63,049 nucleotides of DNA from NCBI GenBank assembly GCA_035378685.1, contig DAOSUL010000001.1, positions 1 to 63,049 of the forward strand, written 5' to 3'. The notes beneath the pieces were generated by a model. That model saw only the letters and a program-made list of their open reading frames with translations. It was not told the DNA's origin and did no database searches. A program made the position numbers and the translations under genes. Positions 27,221 to 38,185 of the stretch are shown here, in pieces. Source of the stretch: Clostridiales bacterium. Lineage in GTDB: Bacteria; Bacillota; Clostridia; Acetivibrionales; DTU013. The stretch's first letter is position 1; every line of letters starts with the position of its first letter.

Positions 27221-28435
27221 TCATTCATAACGCAGCGCTTCAATCGGATCAAGATCTGCCGCGCGTTTGGCCGGGTAGACTCCGAATATTATGCCAAGCG
27301 CAACAGAACCGAGAAATGCCAGTACTATGATCTTAAGGTCTACGACAGGAGGTATCTTAATCAGTGCTGATATGATGTTTCCGGCAACGACGCCCAGGAA
27401 TATGCCTGCAAGGCCGGCGCAGCCTGTCATAAGGATGGATTCGGTCAGAAACTGCAGTATGATGTCTTTCTTCTGCGCCCCAAGGGCTTTCCTGATGCCT
27501 ATCTCCCGGATCCTTTCAGTCACCGACACCAGAAGTATGTTTACAATGCCGATGCCACCGACTATCAGCGTAATGACCGCTATCACGAGAAGGATAGATG
27601 ATACGACGCCAAGCACATCGCTGAAAGCTTTCTGGATGTCGGCCGAGTTCTGGGCTATATATACGTCTTCGCTGCCATGTTTCATTTCAAGGTATTTCAC
27701 GATACGTTTGCCGACTTCCCGCAGCTTTTCTTTCTCAACCACCGTCACGTCGATGGATGACAGCCTTTCGCTGTTGGGATACAACTGCTGCACTGTCGTT
27801 ATGGGCATAAAAATACTGACAGGGATCAATTCGCTTTCCATGATGCCCTCGAACATATTCTCGCCGCTGCTCATCACACCGATTATCTTAAGCGAGACAG
27901 AAGTGCCTGATGGCGTCCTGAGCGTGATGGTTTCCCCGGTCACATCCTGAACGTCTTTAAAGAACTTCCTTGCAAAGAGCTCATCCACCACGACGAATTT
28001 CGCCCTTTTGGTCACATCGAAATCATTTATGAATCTGCCGTATTTCATTTCGATGATGCCAAAATTCTTGTACTGCGAGGATACGCCGAACACCCATGCG
28101 TCCTTTGACTGTTCATTGACACGTACAGTTCCGTTTTTCTGGATGCTGGTCGCGATATTCTTGATTTCCGGCGCCGCTTCCTTCACATAATCCATATCCT
28201 TGAGCGTCAGCCAGTCTTTCCTGTCGACGTTCCTGTTTTTATATGTGATGCTTATGGTATTGGCGCCTATTTTTTCAAACTGTGCATTCATGTAGCTTTC
28301 AGTGGCACTTCCGAGCGCCATGATCGTGATTATGGAGAATACGCCCATCACGATCCCGAGCATGGTAAGGAAGGATCGGAGTTTATTTGATTTAAGGCTG
28401 TCCAGAGCCTGTATGAAGCTTTCAGAGAAATTCAT
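27221..28435 (-). CDS. ABC transporter permease, MacB/FtsX family
   Basis: MacB_PCD-like periplasmic domain between TM1 and TM2, with C-terminal FtsX helices. Start set at the second ATG (28435) behind GAGG. Confidence 0.85.
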   Translation of the reverse strand: MNFSESFIQALDSLKSNKLRSFLTMLGIVMGVFSIITIMALGSATESYMNAQFEKIGANTISITYKNRNVDRKDWLTLKDMDYVKEAAPEIKNIATSIQKNGTVRVNEQSKDAWVFGVSSQYKNFGIIEMKYGRFINDFDVTKRAKFVVVDELFARKFFKDVQDVTGETITLRTPSGTSVSLKIIGVMSSGENMFEGIMESELIPVSIFMPITTVQQLYPNSERLSSIDVTVVEKEKLREVGKRIVKYLEMKHGSEDVYIAQNSADIQKAFSDVLGVVSSILLVIAVITLIVGGIGIVNILLVSVTERIREIGIRKALGAQKKDIILQFLTESILMTGCAGLAGIFLGVVAGNIISALIKIPPVVDLKIIVLAFLGSVALGIIFGVYPAKRAADLDPIEALRYE

Positions 28436-28470
28436 CTGCATACCTCGCTTCTTTCCGGTTGGGCTGCCTG

Positions 28471-29733
28471 TCAATACTGCTGTTTCACCCTTACTTTCAT
28501 CCCGTCGCTGTAGCTGGGCTGAGGGTCGATGACAACAAGTTCTCCTTCTTCAAGCCCATCCAGGATCTCAACGCTCATGTCCGAATTGATGCCGGCTTCT
28601 ATCCGGCGCTGCTCGATCCTGTTCGTTTCAGTATCGATAACGAATACCATCAGGTTGTCGTCCCTGTCAGGTTTTATCGCTTCCATAGGCGCCAGCAGGA
28701 CTCCGTTTTTATCCACCGTTATGATCTCGCAGGTGACATTGAGACCAGGTTTAAGAACGCCTTTTGAGTCATCCACTCCAATGATTATCTCCACCACTGT
28801 CTCGCTCCCGCCGGATGTCACTGCCGTGGTGGCCACGGGAGAAATGCTCTCAACGGTTCCTGTTATCTCCGTATTCTTATCGATCGCATCCCCCGTCACT
28901 CTCGCCTTCTGTCCGACCGCCACGTTCTTTATATCGTACTCGTTTACTCTGGCCCGTATCCGCAGCTTATCCGGATCTATGATCCTGTATGCCGGCTGCA
29001 TGCTTCCGGTATACGCCCCTTCCTGGACGTTCACTGCCGCGACGACTCCTTCCATGGCAGCCATGCACATTTCATTTATGTCGTTTATCTTCTTTTCAAG
29101 GTCGGAAATCTGTAAATCCGTGACCTTTATATTTTCTTCAGCTGTTTTTCTTGAGTTGTTCCTGCTTTCTACAGCAGCCTCATAAGCCAGCCTGGCATTC
29201 TCAATGGCCGATTCGGCTTCCCTGAACTGCTTTTCCGACATTTCCATCTCGGCTTTCGAAATAGCACTTGCCTCATACAGTGCCTTATTGTCTTCATACG
29301 CCTTTTTTGCGTCATTATAGTTCCTTTCGGCAGCTTTCAGGCTGTTGAGGGCTCTTTGGACCTCTGCGTCGCCGGCTTTGGAATCCAGCGCTATCTGCTG
29401 GGTCCTCCTGTTGCTCTTCAATGTTTCGAGCCTGGAGTACATCTCGCTCATGTCCACCTCAATAAGCTGCTGGCCTTGTTTTACCCGCTGGCCCTCGGTG
29501 ATCATCACCCTCGTCACTTTCAGCGGCGTGTCGAAATATGCCTCTGACTTCTTTGTTTCCTCGACGACGCCGTCCGCATATATCCATGAAGAAAGATCTC
29601 CTTTCACAACTGCAGCGGCCTGTACGCTGACCGCGCCCGAACCTGCCGTACCCGCAGCCTGCATTGCACCGGCCGTGACAAGGACAGCTGATGATATCAC
29701 CAGTATGCTTGCGATAATCACCTTTTTCCTCAT
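28471..29733 (-). CDS. Efflux periplasmic adaptor (HlyD/MacA family)
   Basis: 420 aa with an N-terminal anchor, a long coiled-coil hairpin and beta-barrel regions. Lies in an operon with MacB-type components. Confidence 0.85.
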   Translation of the reverse strand: MRKKVIIASILVISSAVLVTAGAMQAAGTAGSGAVSVQAAAVVKGDLSSWIYADGVVEETKKSEAYFDTPLKVTRVMITEGQRVKQGQQLIEVDMSEMYSRLETLKSNRRTQQIALDSKAGDAEVQRALNSLKAAERNYNDAKKAYEDNKALYEASAISKAEMEMSEKQFREAESAIENARLAYEAAVESRNNSRKTAEENIKVTDLQISDLEKKINDINEMCMAAMEGVVAAVNVQEGAYTGSMQPAYRIIDPDKLRIRARVNEYDIKNVAVGQKARVTGDAIDKNTEITGTVESISPVATTAVTSGGSETVVEIIIGVDDSKGVLKPGLNVTCEIITVDKNGVLLAPMEAIKPDRDDNLMVFVIDTETNRIEQRRIEAGINSDMSVEILDGLEEGELVVIDPQPSYSDGMKVRVKQQY

Positions 29734-29778
29734 TGCATAACCTCCGTAAATGACTGTCGTGAGAGCGCCGTGCCGCAG

Positions 29779-30546
29779 TTACATCAGCTGCAGCGCCGCA
29801 GGCATGCCGTACATGGTACAGGCAACACGAATGGCAAAAATTACGGCTACCGCTATGTAAACCTGTTTCTTTTTCAGTTTGCTGACGGCAGTTAATCCTA
29901 TGGCCATTACAGAGTATCTCCATATGGCAAAAACGTCGATACCCGCAAGGAGCCCGTAAACATACGGGTTCATTTCTTCAGGCGACGCAAGGGAAGCCAG
30001 GCTCGTCAATGGCGCTGCCTGGTGCAGGCTTCCCGTATAGAATGAAACGGCTGTCAGCAACAGGCTGTACAAAACAGGTATGATACCCGCATGTACCACA
30101 ACGGAGAGGTATGCTTTGTATTTGCCCTCCCCTCCCATGATCCTTAGTATGATGAAAAACAGCAAAGCCATAAGGGCAAACCCTGCAGCCGCATAGACGG
30201 GCGCTGTCACGATCCCTGTAACAACTGCGCGGGGCAATCCTGCTTCTATCATCTCCGGCGTCATCTCGATGCCGAAGGATTCCATGTACTCAGAACCGGC
30301 AGCGATCGACTTCCTCAGCATTTCCTCGTATACAGGCCTCCTTACTGCATAGGGAACTGCGGCTGCCAATGAACCAAAAACCATCCAGAACAGCACTCTT
30401 GGCTTCCCGGCCAGTTCCTCCATCAGCCTGCCCGGTGAGACGAACAGCCACATAAGCCTTTTGAAAAACCCCGGCTTTTCGACGGCCATTTCCCGATCCA
30501 TGCTCTGTACCCGGATATCAGACAAGTTATCAGCCTCTTTCTTCAC
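29779..30546 (-). CDS. Yip1-domain integral membrane protein
   Basis: 255 aa with five hydrophobic helices in a Yip1/DUF1282-like arrangement. Located between the ABC ATPase and the adaptor. Confidence 0.6.
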   Translation of the reverse strand: MKKEADNLSDIRVQSMDREMAVEKPGFFKRLMWLFVSPGRLMEELAGKPRVLFWMVFGSLAAAVPYAVRRPVYEEMLRKSIAAGSEYMESFGIEMTPEMIEAGLPRAVVTGIVTAPVYAAAGFALMALLFFIILRIMGGEGKYKAYLSVVVHAGIIPVLYSLLLTAVSFYTGSLHQAAPLTSLASLASPEEMNPYVYGLLAGIDVFAIWRYSVMAIGLTAVSKLKKKQVYIAVAVIFAIRVACTMYGMPAALQLM

Positions 30547-30604
30547 TTCACAATATAAATCTCGTTATATGAACAGGATCCGGACAGGATGCAGGCGTAT
30601 GCTG

Positions 30605-31339
30605 TCAGCCCGCAGCCTGTGCCTGCAGTTTTCTTATCACTTCCCTGGCGTCTGTCGGATCATCGACCCTTTCATCGCTTATGATCCTGCCATCCCTGAA
30701 CCTGATGATGCGCCCGGTATGCATAGCTATGTCTGGCTCGTGCGTGACAAGGATGATGGTGACTCCTTCCCTGTTCAGTTCCTGGAATACTGCCATTATG
30801 TCTTCTCCCGACGCCGTGTCGAGGTTCCCGGTTGGCTCATCGGCAAGAAGGATGGCCGGGTCGTTCACGAGAGCCCTTGCGATGGCGACCCTCTGCTTCT
30901 GGCCGCCGGATAGCTCATTGGGCCTGTGATCCATCCTTTCCAGCAGCCCCACCTTCCTGAGCGCTTCAACAGCCTTTTCCCTGCGTTCTTTTTTTCCTGC
31001 TCCTGCATATATCATGGGAAGTTCCACGTTTTGAAGCGCGTTCATTTTTGGAAGCAGATTGAATGACTGGAACACGAACCCTATTTTTTTATTTCTTATC
31101 CTGGCCAGTTCAGTATCATCAAGCTGTGAAATATTGACGCCGTCCAGTTCGTAATATCCGCTCGTCGCCCTGTCAAGGCATCCGAGTATGTTCATCAGCG
31201 TCGACTTCCCCGATCCCGACGGACCCATGACGGCGACGAACTCCCCTTTGCTGATGCGGAGGTCGACGTCCTTCAGGGCTTCCACCTGCACCTTGCCTGT
31301 GTCATATATCTTTCCTATGCCTTCCATCCTGATGATCAT
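30605..31339 (-). CDS. ABC transporter ATP-binding protein (MacB/LolD type)
   Basis: Walker A GPSGSGKST, signature LSGGQKQR and Walker B LLADEPTGNLD. Confidence 0.95.
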   Translation of the reverse strand: MIIRMEGIGKIYDTGKVQVEALKDVDLRISKGEFVAVMGPSGSGKSTLMNILGCLDRATSGYYELDGVNISQLDDTELARIRNKKIGFVFQSFNLLPKMNALQNVELPMIYAGAGKKERREKAVEALRKVGLLERMDHRPNELSGGQKQRVAIARALVNDPAILLADEPTGNLDTASGEDIMAVFQELNREGVTIILVTHEPDIAMHTGRIIRFRDGRIISDERVDDPTDAREVIRKLQAQAAG

Positions 31340-31432
31340 GGCAGTACCTTCCTTTGCAGCTTTACGCCGCCTGTGCGGCTACCCATCGGTTATACGCACT
31401 TTCCCAGGGATTTGTCTCATACAACGGAAATC

Positions 31433-32371
31433 TCACAGAGAAGTTATTCCGAAATACTCCTTTGCCGCCCTGATGTCACGGTTTATCTGGTCAGAAAGTT
31501 CATCAGCGCTTCCGAATTTCATCTCATCCCTGAGCTTTTTCAGGAAAAAAACTTCTATACCGTTCTCATAAATATCCTTTTCAAAGCCAAGTATATGCGT
31601 TTCAACACTTATGGATGCTGTCTCTCCGAATGTCGGGTTGATCCCGACGTTTGTCACGCTGTTGTATAATGCTCCGTCATAAAGTGTCCTTGTCAGGTAT
31701 ACACCGTTGCAGGGCAGCACGAGGCAGTTTTCAGGCCGCAGATTGGCAGTCGGGAACCCGATCCTTCTTCCGATGCGCTTTCCGTCCAGCACCTTCCCCA
31801 TTATCGAATAGTGCCTGCCAAGTAACATGGTTACCTTTTCCATGTCCCCTTTCAGTACGTATTCCCGTATCGCCGTACTGCTGACGATTTCAGCGCCTAT
31901 CCTGACAGCCGGGATTATGATGACCCTTATGCCGTACTTCTTTCCAAGTTCCTTAAGCAGTTCACTGTCGCCACGGCCCATATAGCCGAACCTGTAGTTG
32001 AACCCGGCTACTGCCACACATGCCCCGAGCCTGTCAGCCAGGATATCCCTCACAAAATCCTCGGGTTCCATCCTTGAGTATTCCTCATCGAATTCATCGA
32101 ACCAGACATGATCCAGCCTGGTCTCTCCAAGGATCTGTATCCGCTTGTCCACGGTAGTGAGCAACTGGGTGAACAGATCTTTTCTGATTACATTTTCCGG
32201 ATGCTTCGTAAATGTATAGACCACTGACCTGAGGCCGCTCATCCTTGCTTCATTGATAAGGGCATTCACGAGCACCATGTGTCCCACATGCAGCCCGTCG
32301 AAATTCCCCAGCCCCACTGCCGTTGAACGTTTATCGAATTTTACGCCGTCATTGCCGAATATAGTTTTCAA
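31433..32371 (-). CDS. ribF: Bifunctional riboflavin kinase / FAD synthetase
   Basis: 312 aa with GNFDGLHVGH, FDEF and a C-terminal riboflavin kinase domain (PTANL). Confidence 0.9.
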   Translation of the reverse strand: MKTIFGNDGVKFDKRSTAVGLGNFDGLHVGHMVLVNALINEARMSGLRSVVYTFTKHPENVIRKDLFTQLLTTVDKRIQILGETRLDHVWFDEFDEEYSRMEPEDFVRDILADRLGACVAVAGFNYRFGYMGRGDSELLKELGKKYGIRVIIIPAVRIGAEIVSSTAIREYVLKGDMEKVTMLLGRHYSIMGKVLDGKRIGRRIGFPTANLRPENCLVLPCNGVYLTRTLYDGALYNSVTNVGINPTFGETASISVETHILGFEKDIYENGIEVFFLKKLRDEMKFGSADELSDQINRDIRAAKEYFGITSL

Positions 32372-32394
32372 GTTCGATGACCCCTATTCACTGA

Positions 32395-33312
32395 TCAGAA
32401 GAATTTCCTTGCTTTTAAGTAATTGCCGTTCTCTCTGTGTATAACCGTGCCGAGAGCTACAAAGCGCCCGTCATTCCCGTATACCCTTATCAGTCCGCCG
32501 GCTTCAGTGTCCGTGCCGTCCGTCATGTTTATCCGGTCCGTGGCAAGCCGTACCTGCATGCCGTTCATGAATTTCTTCGCGGAAACCTCGTCAAGCACAC
32601 AGGAACAGAAGTTTTCAAAAGCCCGGTCCACATCCATCATCATTTCTGCCAGGGTGCCTTTTTCTTTCCCGAGGGACAGTTCTTCAAGGGTCACAGAATC
32701 GGAAATGCTGAAAGGACCTGCTTTCAGCCTCAGCAAAAAGGACATGCATCCGCCGCATCCCAGGACGTCTCCGATATCGGCACACAATGTCCTTATATAT
32801 GTACCCTTTGAACAGCTGACTTCCAACAGTACCCTGATTCCGTCCTTCCTGCAGATATCCAGGACTTCTGCGGAATATATCTCGACCTCTCTTTCGGACC
32901 GTTCCGTTTCGATACCTTCGCGGGCAAGCTGATACAGTTTTTTGCCGTTGACCCTCACTGCGGAGTACATCGGCGGAAGCTGCATGTATTTCCCCCTGAA
33001 GGATGCCACCGCGTCGATTATGTCGTTATCCGACACTTCCGGCTTTTTCCTGGCAAGCACAGTACCGGTGGTATCCTGCGTGTCTGTAACGACGCCGAGA
33101 GTCACTTCCGCCCGGTATGTCTTGTCCTTCTCCATCAGGAATTCCACGGCTTTCGTCGCCCTGCCCACACATACCGGCAAAACTCCTGCTGCCATGGGGT
33201 CGAGTGTCCCGGCATGGCCGATCTTCCTGACACCCGTCAGTCCGCGCAGGTACGCCACCACATCGAAGGATGTCATTCCCGGGGGTTTCAGAATATTGAG
33301 TATTCCATCCAT
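32395..33312 (-). CDS. truB: tRNA pseudouridine(55) synthase
   Basis: KPPGMTSFDV and GHAGTLDPMAAGVLPV motifs. Conserved position after nrnA/rbfA. Confidence 0.95.
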   Translation of the reverse strand: MDGILNILKPPGMTSFDVVAYLRGLTGVRKIGHAGTLDPMAAGVLPVCVGRATKAVEFLMEKDKTYRAEVTLGVVTDTQDTTGTVLARKKPEVSDNDIIDAVASFRGKYMQLPPMYSAVRVNGKKLYQLAREGIETERSEREVEIYSAEVLDICRKDGIRVLLEVSCSKGTYIRTLCADIGDVLGCGGCMSFLLRLKAGPFSISDSVTLEELSLGKEKGTLAEMMMDVDRAFENFCSCVLDEVSAKKFMNGMQVRLATDRINMTDGTDTEAGGLIRVYGNDGRFVALGTVIHRENGNYLKARKFF

Positions 33313-33313
33313 A

Positions 33314-34270
33314 TCAGAGCATCCCTCTTAAGTCTTCGAGAAGCATTTCCCTGACCGTCTCAAGATCCGAGTTCCTTGCTGTGAATCCTGCAGCTCTCAT
33401 GTGCCCGCCCCCCGAGTATTTTGACGCCACCGCTGAAACATCCACGTAGCTGTTCGACCGCAGATTTACCCTTATGTCTCCGTTTTCCATTTCCCTGATC
33501 ATGGCGGCCGCCTCAACTCCGCTGATGTTCCTGGCAATGTTTATGATACCGTCGGTGTCCTCATCCGCAGCCCCTGACCTCCGCATCGCCTCATACGAAA
33601 CCGACATGACAGCGATCCTGCCGTCTTCGAACAGTTCCAGGGAGTTTACCGCTTCACCAATCAGTCTCACCTTTCCCGGCGAAACTGTGTCAAAAATGCG
33701 CCTTGATATGTCAGCTACATCGATACCTTTTTCAAGCAGTTCCGAAGCGATAGTGTGCGTCCTGGAAGTCGTATTGCTGTATCTGAAACCGCCGGTATCG
33801 GATGCAATAGCCGTGTACAGGCATATGGCAGCATCCTTTCCCGGGTCGGCGCCCATCTGTCCGAACAGTTCGTAAATTATCTCACCAACTGCAGCGCAGG
33901 AAGTGTCCACATAATCCAGCATGGCAAAACCGGTGTTCGTGGCGTGATGGTCGATATTTACCGTTACGGCGGCTTTCCCGAAAACAGGCTTCCTTGAGCC
34001 GAGCCTTTCGATATCGCCGCAATCCAGCGCAACAGCAAGATCGTACTTCGTTTCAACGCCGTCATAAACCCGGGCCATCTCCAGACCGGGAAGGAAGTCA
34101 TAGATATGCGGCACTTTTTCCTCAAGAAACACCGAAACTTCCTTTCCCGCTTCGGACAGCCCGATTGCCAGTGCCAGGGAAGAACCTATGGCATCCCCGT
34201 CTGCCGCCATATGGGGCAATATCGCTATACTGCCGGCTTCAGCCATCGCTTCCGCTATCTTTTTCAGCAT
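33314..34270 (-). CDS. nrnA: DHH/DHHA1 phosphoesterase (NrnA-like oligoribonuclease / pAp phosphatase)
   Basis: DHH motifs (HxxxDGDAIGS, DxGD, DHH) and GGGH in DHHA1. The start is uncertain because the gene overlaps the rbfA 3-prime end. Confidence 0.8.
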   Translation of the reverse strand: MLKKIAEAMAEAGSIAILPHMAADGDAIGSSLALAIGLSEAGKEVSVFLEEKVPHIYDFLPGLEMARVYDGVETKYDLAVALDCGDIERLGSRKPVFGKAAVTVNIDHHATNTGFAMLDYVDTSCAAVGEIIYELFGQMGADPGKDAAICLYTAIASDTGGFRYSNTTSRTHTIASELLEKGIDVADISRRIFDTVSPGKVRLIGEAVNSLELFEDGRIAVMSVSYEAMRRSGAADEDTDGIINIARNISGVEAAAMIREMENGDIRVNLRSNSYVDVSAVASKYSGGGHMRAAGFTARNSDLETVREMLLEDLRGML

Positions 34271-34625
34271 CGGTTTCTCTCCTGTTTTCCCTGATCGTGT
34301 CATTTATGAGTTTATTTATATATACCCCGCGTTCTATGGAATCATCCAGTTCAAACAAGATTTCCGGCGTATACCGCAGCTGTATGCGGCGCCCTATCTC
34401 GCGCCTTATGAACCCTGAGGCGCTTTTCAGTCCGCAGGCTGCTTCCTTTTTGTCATTCTCATCTCCAAGGACGCTTACATAAACCTTTGCATATCTCAGG
34501 TCCCTGGTGACTTCCACCGAAGTTACACTTATCATTTTGGAGAGCCTGGGATCTTTCAGTTCATTCTGTATGATAAAGCTTATCTCTCTTTTTATTTCTT
34601 CCGAAATCCTGTCCGTCCTGTCCAT
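34239..34625 (-). CDS. rbfA: Ribosome-binding factor A
   Basis: 128 aa with the KH-like RbfA pattern (VTxVEVTRDLxxAKVYVS). Follows infB. Confidence 0.9.
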   Translation of the reverse strand: MDRTDRISEEIKREISFIIQNELKDPRLSKMISVTSVEVTRDLRYAKVYVSVLGDENDKKEAACGLKSASGFIRREIGRRIQLRYTPEILFELDDSIERGVYINKLINDTIRENRRETDAEKDSGSDG

Positions 34626-34673
34626 AATGCCACTCCTTTCGTATCCTGATGATATATATCATGCATCCATTCG

Positions 34674-34713
34674 AAAAAAGGCCGGGCAGACAGTATGACC
34701 CGCCTGTCCAGCC
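34674..34713 (-). terminator. Terminator/attenuator-like hairpin between infB and rbfA
   Basis: 10-bp stem with one mismatch and one G-U pair, immediately followed by TTTTTT on the minus strand. Confidence 0.5.
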
Positions 34714-34736
34714 TTCTTGCCGTACTGATGCAGCAA

Positions 34737-37700
34737 TCAGCGCTGTACCTCTTCCATTACGAACGCTTCAATAATGTCATTTTCCTTGATGTCATTGAAT
34801 CTTTCTATTGAAAGCCCGCATTCATAACCCTGCTGCACTTCTCTGACATCGTCCTTGAATCGCTTGAGTGAAGCGAGATGTCCCTCGTGTATCACTATAC
34901 CGTCCCTGACGATCCTGACGTCGCTGTTCCTCATTATCTTTCCGTCCGTCACATAGCAGCCGGCAATCGTTCCGACACCGGAAATCCTGAATGTCTGCCT
35001 GACTTCGGCATGTCCCAGCACGACTTCCCTGTATGTCGGCTCAAGCATTCCCTTCATGGCTGCCTGCATATCCTCTATCGCATTGTAGATGACGTTGTAC
35101 AGACGGATGTCGACACCGGCTCTCTTTGCAGCCTCGGCAACATTTGGCATCGGCCTGACGTTGAAGCCGATGATGATGGCATTTGAGACATCCGCAAATG
35201 TCACATCAGACTCCGTAATGCCGCCGACTGCTCCATGTATCACCCTTACCCTCACTTCGTCATTGGACAGCTTCTCTAACGACTGCTTCAGTGCTTCCAC
35301 GGTTCCCTGCACGTCCGCCTTGACGATCAGGCTGAGTTCCTTCACCTTGCCTTCCTGGATCTGCCTGAACAGGTCGTCAAGCGACACTTTTGCAGCCGCG
35401 TGCTGGTGTTCCTGCTGCTGCCTTATCCTGCGCTTTTCCGCAAGCTGCTTTGCAATCTTTTCATCGGTCACCACGTAGAAGGTCTCACCTGCGACAGGCA
35501 CTTCGGGCAGCCCGAGTATTTCGACCGGTGTTGACGGTCCTGCGCTCTTTATCGCTTTCCCCTTGTCATCGATCATGGCCCTGATCCTGCCGACAGTGGT
35601 CCCTGTGATTATGGAATCACCGACGTTCAGTGTGCCCCTCTGCACCAGCAGTGTTGCTACCGGACCCCTGTTCTTGTCGAGCTTCGCTTCGATGACAGTA
35701 CCTTTTGCCTGTCTCGTCGGATCGGCTTTCAGCTCCAGAATGTCGGCCGTCAGAAGTACCATTTCAAGCAGTTGGTCGATATTTATATGCTTCTTAGCCG
35801 AGATCTCGACGCAGATCACATCTCCTCCCCACTCCTCGGGAACGAGTCCGTACTGCGTCAGGTCCTGCTTCACTTTATCCGGGTTCGCACCTGGTTTGTC
35901 TATCTTGTTGATTGCTACGATTATCGATACGTTTGCGGCTTTTGCATGGTTTATGGCCTCTACCGTCTGCGGCATCACGCCGTCGTCCGCCGCTACCACG
36001 AGTATGGCAATGTCGGTTACCTGGGCACCCCTCGCCCTCATAGCGGTAAAGGCTTCATGGCCCGGCGTGTCGAGGAATGTGATGTTCCTGCCGTTGATCT
36101 GCACTGTATAAGCGCCTATATGCTGTGTAATGCCTCCTGCCTCGGTGTCTATCACATGGGTGGACCTTATAGCATCAAGGAGCGAAGTTTTTCCATGGTC
36201 GACATGGCCCATCACAACAACTACCGGCGGCCTCGGCTCCAGCTTCTCAGGATCGTCCGGCTCATCGTCGAACAGGATATCCTCTTCACTGAGGACAACC
36301 TCTTTCTCAGCCCTGACACCGAACTCCTCCGCTACGATTGCGGCAGTATCGAAATCCACATCCTGGTTGAGGGTGGCCATCACGCCGTATCCCATCAGCT
36401 TTTTGATGACCTCTGATGCAGTCTTTTTCAGTGCTTCAGCCAATTCCTTCACCGTTATGCTCTCCGGGATCCTGATCGTGGTGAGCACCGGCTTCGGAGG
36501 CATGTTCTTCGCTTCTTCCTTGCCCTTTTTCTGTTTGCCCTGTTTCTTCTTCCTTAAGCCCGCATCATCATAGAAATCGTCGAGCAGGAAGTCTTCGGAA
36601 AGGATTTCCGAAACGCCCTTCTTCTCATGCAGGCCAATATTGGCAGGCTTGATCTTCTTGCCGGGTTTGCTCTGGACAAGCCTGGGAGTTTCTTTCCTCT
36701 GCTCCCTTTTGGCTCCTTTATCCAGGTCCTTGTTCAGGGATTCGCGCCTGCTTTCGCTTCTCGCCGGAAGTGATTCGTCCTTCTGGACAGCTGCAAAATC
36801 AGGCTTCGGGATGTCAAGCTGCTTGCCGGCAGGTTTGAAACCGCCGGTCCTGGCACCCTGGTGCTGCCCTTTATCATGATGCGGCTTTGCAGCCTGCTGC
36901 GGTTTTGAAGCATGATGCCTTGCTTCCGGGCGCTGCTGGACTTCTGCCTTCGCTTTCTCAACTGCAGGTGCAGCACTCTTTACAGTCTTTTGAGGTTCGG
37001 TCAACGGAACGTCAGCAGGTTTGTCGGCCTGGGCTGCCTTCTCAGCGGGCGCAGCCTTGGTGCCGGCAATAGCTTCTGCGTCTGCCTGCCGCGGTTTCTC
37101 ATCCGCCTTCGCCTCAGTATCAGCTTCCTTGGTCTTTGTCTCAGGCTGTTTTTCAACCGGTCTGGCTTTTTTCTCTTTGGCGGCATCGGCCGCTTCTGCC
37201 GCTGTTTTCCTGTCTTTCGGCAATTCCTTTTCCACTTCGGGTTTTTGGACACGCTCTGCTGCCGCTTCTTTCTTCTCCGGCTGCGTGTCGTCCTTAGGCT
37301 CCGGTTTCTGGACATCCCTGCCTGTCTTTCCGGCCGGGCCGGCAGCTGCAGTGTCCTGCTCCTTTTTGGCCATTTCCTGCTTTTTGGCAGCTAACATCGA
37401 TTCGATATAATCATTCCCGCTTTTCCTTACAAAACCTGAAAGCAGGCCCGAATTGCTGTCATCGGATCTGATGTAGGTGCTCCTGGCACTTTTTGCGCCG
37501 TCCCTGCCATAACCGCTCCCGAATTTATCACTGTCATTTTTTGTATTGATCACTATCTCTGTCGTTCTTATAATACGGGGGGCATTCTTCCTGTCTCTCC
37601 TAATTTCCGGCCTGGGCTGTGCAGACACTGCAGGGGCGGTTTTCGGTTTATCCGCCTCGCTCTTTTTCTCATCGTGCCTGATCACACCGATATGCCTGTA

Positions 37701-37838
37701 AAGAGCCTCAAGCTCCTTTTCGTCAAGCAGGCTCATGTGGTTCTTCTCGATGATGTTGATTTCCGCAAGCTTTTCCATCAGCCTCTTGCTTGTTGTATTC
37801 AGTTCCTTTGCCAGTTCATAGACTCTGACTTTTTCCAA
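34737..37838 (-). CDS. infB: Translation initiation factor IF-2 (long form with a low-complexity N-terminal region)
   Basis: 1033 aa. G-domain motifs [14 protein letters not shown] and NKID are present. The N-terminal ~430 aa are rich in K, A, E and P. Confidence 0.95.
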   Translation of the reverse strand: MEKVRVYELAKELNTTSKRLMEKLAEINIIEKNHMSLLDEKELEALYRHIGVIRHDEKKSEADKPKTAPAVSAQPRPEIRRDRKNAPRIIRTTEIVINTKNDSDKFGSGYGRDGAKSARSTYIRSDDSNSGLLSGFVRKSGNDYIESMLAAKKQEMAKKEQDTAAAGPAGKTGRDVQKPEPKDDTQPEKKEAAAERVQKPEVEKELPKDRKTAAEAADAAKEKKARPVEKQPETKTKEADTEAKADEKPRQADAEAIAGTKAAPAEKAAQADKPADVPLTEPQKTVKSAAPAVEKAKAEVQQRPEARHHASKPQQAAKPHHDKGQHQGARTGGFKPAGKQLDIPKPDFAAVQKDESLPARSESRRESLNKDLDKGAKREQRKETPRLVQSKPGKKIKPANIGLHEKKGVSEILSEDFLLDDFYDDAGLRKKKQGKQKKGKEEAKNMPPKPVLTTIRIPESITVKELAEALKKTASEVIKKLMGYGVMATLNQDVDFDTAAIVAEEFGVRAEKEVVLSEEDILFDDEPDDPEKLEPRPPVVVVMGHVDHGKTSLLDAIRSTHVIDTEAGGITQHIGAYTVQINGRNITFLDTPGHEAFTAMRARGAQVTDIAILVVAADDGVMPQTVEAINHAKAANVSIIVAINKIDKPGANPDKVKQDLTQYGLVPEEWGGDVICVEISAKKHINIDQLLEMVLLTADILELKADPTRQAKGTVIEAKLDKNRGPVATLLVQRGTLNVGDSIITGTTVGRIRAMIDDKGKAIKSAGPSTPVEILGLPEVPVAGETFYVVTDEKIAKQLAEKRRIRQQQEHQHAAAKVSLDDLFRQIQEGKVKELSLIVKADVQGTVEALKQSLEKLSNDEVRVRVIHGAVGGITESDVTFADVSNAIIIGFNVRPMPNVAEAAKRAGVDIRLYNVIYNAIEDMQAAMKGMLEPTYREVVLGHAEVRQTFRISGVGTIAGCYVTDGKIMRNSDVRIVRDGIVIHEGHLASLKRFKDDVREVQQGYECGLSIERFNDIKENDIIEAFVMEEVQR

Positions 37839-37840
37839 AA

Positions 37841-38185
37841 TTATACACCCCCATATTCTTTACCGTGATTATCGATCATCTCCAAAAGACGCTTCGAAAA
37901 GTTTCCGTCAATCACGGCAACAACTGAACGCATGCTTTTGCCGATATATCGGCCAAGCTTCTCCTTCTTTCCGAAAAATCTCATGGCAATGTTCCTGTAA
38001 CTGCATATATCTTCGAACTTCTTCCTGGTATTTTCGGAAGCGTCCTCCGCTACGATGACCAGGCGCACCTTCCCCTTCCTCACGGTCCTCTCACATGTAT
38101 CGTCGCCTGAAATCAGCTTGCCTGCTTTTGTTGCCAGGCCCAGGAATGAGTATATCCTGTTGTCCGTCATCCTGTTATCCGTCAT
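37841..38185 (-). CDS. ylxQ: L7Ae-family RNA-binding protein (YlxQ-like)
   Basis: 114 aa of the L7Ae/L30e family. Conserved position between ylxR and infB. The N-terminus shows an [10 protein letters not shown] duplication. Confidence 0.8.
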   Translation of the reverse strand: MTDNRMTDNRIYSFLGLATKAGKLISGDDTCERTVRKGKVRLVIVAEDASENTRKKFEDICSYRNIAMRFFGKKEKLGRYIGKSMRSVVAVIDGNFSKRLLEMIDNHGKEYGGV

